Source: Catajapyx aquilonaris
Lineage: Eukaryota
Assembly: GCA_000934665.2 (NCBI GenBank)
Contig: KZ538016.1
Coordinates: 1-64,000 of the forward strand
DNA length: 64,000 nucleotides
Direction: 5' to 3'
Shown: positions 12,511-24,600 of the stretch, in pieces
Position numbering within the stretch: position 1 is the stretch's first letter
Layout of the letters: each line of letters begins with the position of its first letter
Position numbers and translations under genes: made by a program
The notes under the pieces: generated by a model
What the model was told of the DNA's origin: nothing
Databases searched by the model: none
The model's input: only the letters and a program-made list of their open reading frames with translations

Positions 12511-15500
12511 TAATTACTGATTAATACATATATGTCATGAAATGTATACATTAATTGTTGTTCTCCAGTCTTCTGCACCCAGCTGGACATGACAGTTCCT
12601 CAACTGCTGCTACCAGTTGAGCTCTGATCAAGTCCCTCATAATCAAGATCCAGGAGTCGCCCACTCGGTAGATCAGTTGTCTGCAGGAGACAAGGTGTTG
12701 TTGTATTCTGCCTGGAATTGGCGGAACCGTTGAAGCAAGAATGTGCAGGACTGCAGAAAGCGGGCCATTGCATCGCACGTCATGGAGAGGGCCAGGAAGA
12801 ATTTACCCACTGCAGCTGCTGAGGAGTCCAGTAGGTGAAGGAGATCGATGACACGACCATGTTGCCGTATGGATGCCCACACATCTTCGATGCCCATTTA
12901 TAGCCGAGTACAATGGACATTTAGAAATAAACTCTGCACATTTTGTTCACCAGGCATATAGGCTACTGCATGTGTATTTCTTTCAGCTAGCGCGTTGCAT
13001 CAAGAAGGATTTTTCACAGGTTCCTCATCATTTGCATACAAAATAGGCTCTGTTATGTTTGCAAATCTTATTATGATTTTTACTCCCTTACATTCACATA
13101 ATATTCTGCATAATTCCAAACATGATTGTGAAGACCTGAATATCAATTTATATCTCTCATTTAAATATGTAACTATTACAGTATGCTTTTGAATAAAACA
13201 ACATGCACATACGCACCTTAGTCATGTTCCAGGCAGCAAGTCGGGAAAAATTGGGTAATTCTCCCGGTTTGGACATAATTTTGCTACAATATCTGAGGAC
13301 GATGCCAATAGGCAGCTTTATTTACACTAATAGAATCAAATATATCAAAATCAATGTTCTCGCAATGTTCAAAAAATCGGAGGTGGAAGGGGCAGGGGGA
13401 AAATAAAGGATTGGGGGGCAGGGGGAGCAAAATGACGAAAAAAATAATCAGCTTGAATATCACAATAATATCACTCTTCAGCCTCGTTACAACTTCCTTC
13501 CCTTTCTGCAGGGCGAGGCCCATTTAATCAACACCATTTTTCTTATCCTTTTCTTAAAAACATGCCATATTTTTTTTAGTTTCTTCTCACTTTTCCTCCT
13601 GCAATACCACCAACGGGTACTTATCTCAACTCTAAGTATCATTAGGGCACTGGTTGTCAAAAAAGAGAGAAGGGGGCCATAATAATAGTAGCTACGTATC
13701 CAAGCATGTAAAAAGCGCGGGCTGCAACTAATGATATGCAGTCATCAACTCAAACTGTTTTCTTATTTCTCCCCTTTTCTGCAGGAGAGAAAAAAAATAG
13801 CATTTCATTGCAAATATGTTGAAACAAAAATGTCACAAGGTGCATCCATCTCAAATCAGCAACAAGCAAGGAAATTAATACAGTGATGCAGTGAATGAGT
13901 CGACATGAGTATCTGTATGTGCTCATTACGCTCATCTGATGGCAGCGTCAGATATTCTTTTCCTTCCTAGCCTCGTGGACTTAACATAGTCATGTCTTGC
14001 TTGATTGAAGATGGATTGCGCCTGAAAATTTAAAACATGTACCTTTCACATGAGTACAGTCTGCATGGACCTATGTACAGGACGACCTTTTTCATTATTA
14101 CTATTGTTATTATTATAATTATTATATTATTATATTATCATCATCCCCAAATCCTTCCCACCAGCAGCAAAAAACCACACCATAACCGAACATATCTTCA
14201 AGATTAAAAATATAAAAATATAAAATCACATCTAAAACACAGACCTTTTTAAATATCCCCAGATGTATTCTTTTTTTTTTCTTAAATGTCACTGTTCAAG
14301 TTTAAATATTTTTTGTTTCCTTTTTTTCTGAGTGGACCACGTGAGAGGACAAGGGACTCTGAAATCCTCTTTTAAATGCTCAGAAACACACGATTGGGAC
14401 TTTTTATTGGGGGCGCTCGTTTCTTCTCTGAATCAGGCAAAGAAGCCAGCAGCTCATATTTTGAATAACTACATCCTCTGGTTTTTATTAAGGTCAAGCC
14501 CTAGCTATGTACAACAAGTCTCAGTGCAGTTTTTTTGCAGGAGTACAGTCCCACTAAATTTTCTTCTTTTGTATGGAACACTCCCCAATTAAACCATAAC
14601 CGTAAAAAAAAAAAAAGAAAATATGGTTCGTACTCTCACGCATCCTCACATCTTACTCTCACACATGCACTCAAAAAACATTTTTTCGCTCTTAAATTAT
14701 CTTTTTCCTCACAACGCACATAGTATTTCAACTGGTACTGTACAGCACACACTGAATACTTGGTTAAGGACCAATTGGGGGGGGGGGGGGGNTTTTTTAA
14801 ATGATGTTGTGGCGAAAAAGGACATTGTTTCAGTTTTTCTTCTCCATGTTCTATGTTACTAGCTACACTTAATTGAGCATGTGCATGTTTTTTTTTTTGC
14901 ATTCTAAGTCAAACAAAAAAATTGTATTGAGACACAAAAAAGTAATAAGACCAGGATCTGCTGCAGCAGTTTACAAAAAAAAAAAAAAAAAACGAACACG
15001 AGCAAGTGATTCGAAAAATAACGACATAACATAATTTGAACACATTGCGACAGAACATTATCCATTTCTCTTTTTCCTCTTTTTTTTGTTTCGTATTAAG
15101 GTCATGGAACACAAATGTCTACCCTAACATTCAGCTTTTACCCCCACCCGTCGTCTTCTTTTTCAAACATTTTTGTTTAGCAATATTACATGGTAGCTGC
15201 AAAAAGTTGGGTCATGAACAGGAGATGTAGAATAGATACGCACTTATTCACCTATGAAAAAACAACTTCGTATTTTTTTTTTGAGTGGTCACACAAGTTC
15301 TGTACAGATATATGGGGAGGAGGGTAATGTGCATCATACAAAAACAGTTGTGTAAGGGGGGGATTGTTTGCGTGGAAAAAGTCCAACAATTTTTTTTTGC
15401 CTACCCGGAAAAAAAAAGAATTGTTTCGGGAGGGAGGAAAAAACTCGTGCTTTGTACTGTCAATCTGACCGGTTTCGATTAGGATATTTGACTTGTTCTG

Positions 15501-18500
15501 GGAGAAAACCATTCAAATTCCAAACGCCAAGTAAATAAATATACATTTTAAACAGGGAGGGGATTTGTACTTGCGCACTACCAAACTTCAAACCAGAACA
15601 AACGTAACGCATGCCATAAGTAAAAAATTTCTTGTCCGTGACAAAAAAACAGGCCCTCCCAGAACCATGCTTATTTTCATTTTGTAAAAAAAACAAAACA
15701 TAATAAATAAATGGCACGAAGTGACTCATGATATAAAAATCATGAGCCACAATTTTTTCCTGTCCTAAACTCTTTCGCACCATTACTTATTGCTTTTTCT
15801 CTCTCTTGATTTCCTCGCGATTTTAATCGTAACTTGTTGACCAAAAAACCAAAACCTCCCTCTGGAAGACTAGAAGTAACCACACAGCAAAAACTAAACC
15901 ATCTTTGACTAAATAATTTTTTTCTTTCTTTCTTACTTTCTCCCAAAAAATGCTTAGGCTGGTAGCAACAGGGGATAGAGGGGATTGGAGAAAAAAAAAA
16001 TGGCATAGATGGCAACCAGGTAACTAAGCGTATGTTCCAAAACAAGTGCAAGTAAAATTCACTGGTACGTTTTTTTCTTCTTCTTCGTTTCTGAAAGATT
16101 GTTATCGACTTGCTGTAATCAAAGTTGCTTCTAGTCACTTATGAATATTTTTGTGGCTAAACTGGTCGGAGTTTTTGTCTTTCTTCAATACCATGTGGAA
16201 AAAAATGGTTTTGAAAGAAATGCGACCACTGATATGTGTGAAATGTCATTCCCCATTCGTGTGTAAGTGTACTGTACATATGTGCTGTTTGTTGCGTTGG
16301 GACGTCAGACTTGGCACAAAACAAAAGGGAGCACCTACACAAAATGATGACATAAGAAGAAACTCGGTTTTTAAAAAATGGCAAAAAATAGTTCAAGTAA
16401 AAAAAACACAGGCAGTTAGGTATATATACAAAAACAACAAGAGTCACAATAGCACCATTTAAAAATATCGTACCCGTCTTTTTTTACTCTCTCTCTCTCT
16501 CTCCCTCTTCTTTCCAAGCCGGTCTTGAAGTCCGCACTTCCGTAAACTCAATCTTTCACATGCCCGAAAAACTTCCAAATTATCTCATGCACTTAAAACT
16601 GCCTCGAAGGTGTGGGGAGGGGGGGACTGCAAACATTGAAAAATGTACAGGCTACAAACAGGGGGGTGGAAACATGTTGCTTAAAGGAAAGCTGGCACCA
16701 AAAACAGAAATAAAGAAAAAAAAACAACACAAGCACAGCTTCCATTCAAAGTTTGTACTCATCCTAAGGGAGACCAAAAATATTCATTTGCCAGTAGTTG
16801 CAAGATCTAGTTTTTTTCTTCTTCTTCTCTCTCAATCGCTCCTCTTTTGTGTAGTGTAGATATTGGTTGGGGGCGGAGTGGAGGGGATGGGAAGGGAAGG
16901 GCATGGCTCTTTGAAAGTCCGAATTTCTCCTCATTTACCTCTCCTTGGGTATATAATATTTATATTATATATTTTAACTACCGCTAATAGCACAGCTTTA
17001 ACTTGAACACAGGCACTGTATGAAACTCAAAATTGGTTCCTGATACTCTCCCCGTGATGAGTAAAAGGAACTTTATACAGTATATCATGAAACGATAGTT
17101 TACTGAATGCCAATCAAAAGTAGCGCAAATCATTGAAGAGAATAAAATAATTTAAACCTTTCACCGGTAGCAGTTGTCAAAGATATTCATCATCTTATAA
17201 AACATTATTTAATCCGAAAGTCAGCATTTGTCAATTAAAATTGTTGGCAGGTTTCAGGTGTTGGCAATAATTTTTTTTTGCACTGGGCTGGCATCCTTAA
17301 AATGGCAACAATGGTTTAAGCCTCAATAATAATACAGTAATAATAACATGTGCCTTCAGGTCGAAAATAATAATCTCGTCACTATGCAGGTGAACACTCA
17401 TCAGCAACTGCTTTGGTGTCTATCTGAACCCACCTTAGGCAACACTGGTTATTTACTGTCAGTACACGCAAGTAAATAGCACTGGCTGCTGGCAAACAGT
17501 TGTATGTGTGTGTGTGTGTGTATGTGTGTTTAAGAAGATATGAGGTCAAGTAATCCGAGGATTGGGGGGGCTAGTTTTTAGAAATATCATGGCCATGGTA
17601 AAACATCTTATGACGAGTCCCCTGCATGCTTGCACGGCATACGTTTCAGAAAAAGGCACACGCGTAACCAACTGTCTCTCTCTCTCTCTTCTCTCTCTAG
17701 CAGCCTTCAATAGAAATTGTGCAGTTCAATAGATTTCTTTTCTTAAAAAGGATAGGACTAGGAAAAAGGTAAAAGAGATGGTAGTTTTACACTCTGCAAA
17801 ATCATGCAGATCACTGGATCACTTGGGCGAACTGGGTATTTCTAGCACCGGGACAAATAGACAGGCATCATACTTTTCTCTCTCTTAAGTTTTTTTTTTT
17901 TTCACAGCGAGTTTAAGCTGCAGGGGACCCTCACATACAACACGCATGCATTCTCACGCCACTTTCAGTCGTTCTCTCCCATTAAATTCCCCAAAATAAA
18001 AAGCTAACTGTCACAAGCCCAATCAAAGGGGGCAGGAAAGGACGATAAAAGAAAAGGCGCACAACTGGGGAGAAGGCCAAAAACAAACTGAATCATACAG
18101 TTTAACCAGCTCCTCAATGAGCAACCTACAAGGGACGTTTCATGTACAACTGGAACTTTGCATGCCATCTGATGGTCACCTAGGCACTTGCAAAAAAGTA
18201 TGTCGTGTTGGGAACTTCAAGCAAAGTACCATGAGGCTGTCAACAGGATAAAGTGTGCAGCCCATACGATTCCAGTTGCAAAGAAAATTTGACCTGATAA
18301 CAAAAAAGACAGCAGTACTTTTTGAAACCAGGTGATCACATATTGGGGTTTTTCTTCCCTCCTCTCATCTACCTAACCTCCTCATCTCTTTCTGATTTAC
18401 ACACTTTTCATACTTCTTGCCTGGAGACATACAGATAAGGGAGGAAGGCAGAGTGAGGGAGGGAGAGGAATTTTTGAAAAAACAAAGAAGACTAAAGCAA

Positions 18501-18536
18501 GTATCGGCCATCCCTGGACATGGCTGCTAGTGTAAG

Positions 18537-21387
18537 TCATTGCGTAGGAGAAGGCATGGCCTCCATCTTAATAGTTGGAGGCGAAGTAGTGATCACAGAG
18601 ACGTGGCTGCTGCTCAGTCTCATCTCCTTCACCTTTTGTCTGTAAAGCCTTGCCTGGTGATCCTTTTGCAGGGCATGGAACTTTTCTTCCGCTATGCTAT
18701 CTTCCAAAATGATTCCATTTTGCTGTGGAACGTTTAAACAGGATTAGTCAACAATCATGAATAATTTAAGGACATGCCTCAGAATGTACCAGTTATGACT
18801 TGGCTTATAGGTCTAATGATTTTCAATCATGTCAAATAATAATAATTGGAAGTATATAATCATGGGAATAATTGCAACACGCTATTCTTACTTGGTCAAG
18901 TGCTGTCCATGGCAAACACCAAGCTCACCTTTTCTCTACACTGCCTGAATGGTTCAAGTTCCAGAGTGAGCCTTTGGTTGTGTGCCATGGTCTGCTCTAG
19001 TTCTTGCTGCACCCTCTCCAGTTTGGCCACTGCGTACGTTCGTCTCCTCTCTGCCAACACGAGCTTCCCATGGAGCTTCAGGAAGGCACCCCGCAGCTTC
19101 TCCCTGGACTCCTCATCCAGACTGTCCAGCACACTCTGGCAATCAGCCAGCTCAGGAAGTTTCGTCACATCTACCTCCTGCTGGCCTTCCTCAGTTCCTG
19201 GTCATGAAACAATACTGCTTAGTTAAGGATGCTTTGGAAATTAATACAGTTTACTCTGGATATAAGAGGCCTCAGATACAAGCAACCCTCAAGCACAGCG
19301 AACTCGAAGGGCTGGTCCTGACATACTTCCATATTTGGCCTGCGTATCTGGATATAGGAAACCTCAGTTATAGGATACAGATTTCCCCAGTCCCTTGAAG
19401 TCTCTTTTATCCAGAGTAGGACTGTATTATGAAAACTGGAAAGGACATAGGCTACTCACTGGTTTATTTACAAGAACATGCTAATCAAATCAAATGCCCA
19501 GAATTTAACCACGTGAACAGTTACAGATGCTTCATTAAATTTAAAGTCTAGTTCAGTTGCACTGGTTTTACTTCCCAAAGTCCCACTGATATGTTATTGA
19601 TTGCCTTTGCCCTCAGTTTCATCCTGAAAGTCAGGCAACTCCAAAGTGTCGTTTCAAAGTCTAGAGTTCGGGAGATAATTTAACTCCTACTTTGCCAACA
19701 AGAGAAAAAACAACATACTGTTCAGAGGGGTCAGAACTGCGTCACTCAGAGTTGATGTTGCAGTTACTTTTAAAATTACATAATACTTATAATATTAATA
19801 CATTAAGAGATTAAATAAATGTTTATACCACTGGAGGTAATTATTTATTAAGAAGTGCCTTCTTATTTTTCTGCTGATATAATTATTAACAGCAATATAA
19901 CATATTTACTCCAGTAATAGTGACACAATTATTGAAACTGCATGAAGGAAAACTCTCAATTACATGGCTTATTACATTCAAGCTAATTTATTAAAGGTTT
20001 TTCAAAACATACCTGATAAAAATTAATACACATTTTCATACCTGCATCTCCATTGATGTCTGAACATGTCTCATCTGTATCAGATGACAGCTCAAACTCA
20101 GAGTTGTATGTCGGTCCTTTCAGGCTATCAATGTGTCTAGCCCTTATGCAACTCTCAGCTGTTGTTTTGTGCACATGTGAAGCTGCCTGTATCTTTCCAG
20201 GTGCCACTTTTGCCTGGAAAAATAAACAAAGCATGAGAACGGAGTACACTAATGTTCAAAGTTTGATCAAGGATAACAGATAGGTAACAGCAGAGCTCAA
20301 TTTTAAAAATTATGAAATCAAACATTTTAAAGTCACTATTGACGTAAAGTGAGTGCAGTGAAACTGGCCTATGCCAAACCCTGGATTCAGCTGTAACATG
20401 TCAATTATGGCATTTCTGTTGAGTTCCTCTGGAGATCGCAAATAATGAAAGGCTGTTCAGTGTGAAAATTTTTCACAGAACAGAGTGAGCTTCCACTGTA
20501 GACAGGTTTCACCGGGTTTCACTGTGCACAGGGTATTGTTCTCACCTGCTCTCCATTAACTTCTGCATGCTGCTGAGCTTTTTGTTGCTGTGACGGAGGT
20601 GCAAGAGCCACATTGGGCTGGTAGCTGCTTTCAAATCGTTCACTGTCTGCCAAAGGGACCACTCTCTCCGGGTTCAGCAGCACTGGTGGGCTGTGGCTCA
20701 AGTACGGAGGCAGTGATGGTGCCACACTACAATAGCAATTTTTTTTTTGGCTATGATCACACTAAACTATATGCCTAAAACTATTCTGTCTGACCAAAAC
20801 ATTAGAATAATGAAACATGACATAAAATTCCAAATCGCATGTCACCGTAGTAGTTTAAATGCAATTAATTAAGCAGAAATGCATATTTTATGCCCAGCGC
20901 CATGTAAAAGACCACAGTTTTTTTCCACAGCGTACTCAGTTCTCTCCCGGTATGCCCTACGATGATGACACTCATTCTTTGGTTGAATCAATAGTAGAAT
21001 GTAGGCCCTACATTCTACTATTTATTCAACTAAATAATGACAGTGTCATCATCTTTAATTGCTTGTTTCATTGTTGACACCGATGAAAGTAATTCTTCAG
21101 TAGAATCACTTACATTGTGCAGCTCCATTGCAGCTTCCCTTAGATGCTTGTACACATTATTACCTTTCCCGAAACAGATGTGGAGGGGGCGGTGGGTGCG
21201 CTTGAAGCACCTTTCCTTCTTTGCTGGCTACATGTGGGGACCACGGCCTGATTGCAGTGTAGCGACCCCATGGCAGGGGGTACAAGTACATGTATGGGTC
21301 AGCATACACGTAAGGGGCGGGTGAGTAGGTGTCCTCGTACTTGCTCCTCTTCGGCAGTTCCTCCTTTGTCACCACTTCAGACTCCAA
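18537..21387 (-). CDS. Snoo: Ski/SnoN 3' exon cluster (exons 3-7: RPWSP motif, [11 protein letters not shown]...YQPNVAL segment, coiled coil, stop)
   Basis: Exons 21387-21164, 20726-20546, 20213-20042, 19197-18929, 18722-18537 with canonical splice sites and one continuous frame ending ...[14 protein letters not shown]. Confidence 0.8.
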
Positions 21388-21645
21388 CTGCAAGAGAAAT
21401 TTGTCCAATCAATGCACATGCCAACTATATAAATTACATACGGTACACAATGCCCCAGCCTTGGGGTTACACATTACATCCTTTGCACCATATGTAATCT
21501 GCTGCTTTACTACTCGACCCTCACACTCATTCATAAAATGAAAAATGGGACCCACGTGGGTCTGGTCGAGCCACCCTTACAAAGACAGTCGCCTGGCGTC
21601 CCCCCAATCCCACCCTTAACCCCCCAAGATTTCGCGACTTGAAAA

Positions 21646-21679
<34 letters not shown>

Positions 21680-24600
21680 NCCCCCCCCCAATCTCCTGAA
21701 TGGGAGGCTGCACTCTCCAGAATCCCAATGACCCCCCCCACATCGATCCCTGATTTTTTTTCTCTCTTCCTTTTCCATGTGTCCCAGCCCGGATGTCCCG
21801 GACAAGCTCCAAAACTTAGCTCACTCTTATTCCATCGCCCTCGCAGCCATGAAGACGTCAATAGCAACATTTCTATTCGCTGCAAATAAACAAAAAAACG
21901 GGCCAAATGGTGTCCAGGAGCGATCGACTTTGGCCTGGAGTGGCTTATATTCTGGACAGGCGGTCGCCCCTGGCAACCAATTACGTCGTTCGGGGAACCA
22001 CTCAAGAAACCAGCTGAGTCGTCCCAAAAGGATTCTTCCCCCATTGCCTTAAAGGCACCCTACCAATTGCCCAAATTTTGCTGAAATTTCCACGACCGAA
22101 AAATGGAGGTGTCTCCCTGAAAATATCCCCTTTAACACCGCCGAAATCGATCGACGAGGCCTTGGCTGCGGACACACACCAAAAAACACAGGGTTTGAAC
22201 ACCCCCTCCCTCCCTCCTTCATCCGGTGTACATACGAGCCCCCCCTGAAAATCTGAAGACTACTGCCGAAATTAATTATTCATTTATGGCCCCCATAGTA
22301 GGGTTCCTGACTCGCGTGCACGATGTGGCCGCCTGCAAAATTAAGCCCATTTACCAACTTTAATTTCCTGGGGGGGTCCCCAGAGGATCCCGCCAGCCAC
22401 CGAATACACGACAGTCCCAAAATTCCTGGCCGCAAAATCTGAACGTAAAGCCTTTCTTCGTTTTTTTTTTCTTCCAAATATTTTTTTATCTATCTTATAA
22501 TGCAGGCAACTTGAGGCTCAGACCACGTCGGCCCGGATGGCGAGACAGCGGTACGTGACGAGTGTCGAAATATTCATCTGCCGCTTTAATGTTGTGTCCG
22601 GCACCTCCTGTTGGGGTCGCCCATCTAATGATTCCACTACATATGCATTAGGAATGACCAGTCTGCCCAATTTTTTCCGTTTTAAACACACCCTATACAC
22701 CGGACCAGTTCCTATAGTACAGTGAACCTTGCAGTGTTTTTTGGACGATGGTTCGCACCATGTGCAATACCAAGGGCGGCTCCCTATAGTTGGGGGGCAG
22801 CTAGGTCAGGAATGCCGCGCCCTGACAGCCAACGAGACAAATGCAAAGGCAAACATGGCGGCCCATTAGCGAGCGGCATACCAGCACATATAAATTAGCC
22901 AGGTAAACCGGCAGGGTGCACGACCCCGGCCGGAATTATATTGCAGGATCACGTAAGTGGGTCAGCCCCTATAACAGCAGAGATACACAAAGTGTAACAT
23001 TTTTCCAAACCAAAAGGAGCAGCAGTTTGGTTTCGCTTGACCGGGTGCAGCCCATCCTGTTCCTCTTCCCACACCCGCCATGTAATACTCATTGCACCAG
23101 GGAACTAAGTACCTCAAGTCACTGCCGTCGGCTCTAATTAACCCGGCCTCACCTCAACGCTGTCCTTCCCTTTACCCCCTCAAAGACATGTGTGCAACGG
23201 CATGTGTGAACCGCCAGGACAGCGTTACAAGTACCGGTTGCAAGTCGGTGTTATGTTCATCCCATCCAGACTATTTGGTCTGGGTTATTCCCCCAAAAAC
23301 CGGTCCGCAATCAGGACGAATTGACAACTTCTTGGTGGTGGTGGTGGTGGTGAGGGGGCGTCTAGAGCTGCCCAATCCAATTAGATCGAGTGGTAGGATC
23401 GGAGCAAAAGAAACGCGATACTCTACACCTTCATCAGCAAAAGGCGACGGGTGTGATGGAGGGAGAGGGGGACATTCCGGTATCAATCAGCCGGAGTTAT
23501 TTGGCACGGGGAAAGACATCCTCTTGGGCAAGGTGAAGGTGGAGGACGTGGCTCACATGATAATATTTCATCCCCCTTACCCCACCCTTCTTCATGACCT
23601 ACCCCACCGCAAGAAGCCGTCAATTCTATCAGGGTCGTAAAATCATTTTTTATATATAAACTCCAATCCCTTGCCACCCATCAATTGCTCAAATTAATTT
23701 TATGCAAACGTAATGGCTCGGAATGTATGCAATTTTTTTTTTCTCGGGCCCTTCCTTGCCCCAGGTTCCAATCTTGCGACTGGTTATTAGAAGGAGACAA
23801 AAAAAAAAGTGGAAATCAGACCGGTTGGCTGGAGGCCTGGTTGCAGGGAAGTGAGGTTGAGTCCAGGAGAGGTCCTGTGTGAGTGTCACCTTGTGACCCC
23901 TGCACCGGTCCTTCTTACTTGTGAAGCAAAGTGTATATTTAAAAAATTTATGGGCTATAAAATATGGTAGAAGAAAAATTATTTAGTGGACGTGAAAGTC
24001 AAGGGCGCCAGTATGTATACAGTGAAAGCATGGGAACGAATCAGGAAGCTTTGAGCCAATTAGCAACAATCCGGCCGATCTGCAAACAATGGATTTTTTT
24101 TTTTGCCAGTAATAGTGAAAATGCAGATCGCTTCCAGAGTAATCAACCTGCACTATGCAGATAATGCGATTAACGCACTCGTTACAAAAAAAAAAGCACA
24201 ATAATTATTGATGGTCCATTTTTTGTTGGGGGAAGTAAAGCACCAAAGTTCGGATGAGCTGCTGATTCACAACTCAATTTAGCTCCGCATCATAAACACC
24301 CATTTTATGGCCTATAAGAATTACGCTCGAGTGCCAATGAACTTATTCGACTTCACTGGTATACATTTTAAAACCTCGCCTACAAAATCTGAGTGTCCAT
24401 CAATCATGCACAGGCCACAATTGGGAATTACCTGTAAATTCACTCTATAATTGTTGAAATATTGGCTCTGAATTGAATTGTCACTTGTGCTCCCAATAGC
24501 TTGAAAATTGGCAATTAATTAATTAAATAAAATCCTTCGCTGTATGACTTAGGCTTCCGATTGGCCCGCCGTATATTGTTTGCGCGGCGCTTCCGATTGG

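Noticed and set aside
24425..24445. Further AG|GT ratchet-like sites (TTTACAG|GTAATT here; GGCAG|GTAATT at ~42858)
   Set aside because: Weak polypyrimidine tracts and no matching downstream donor, unlike the 31794 site.
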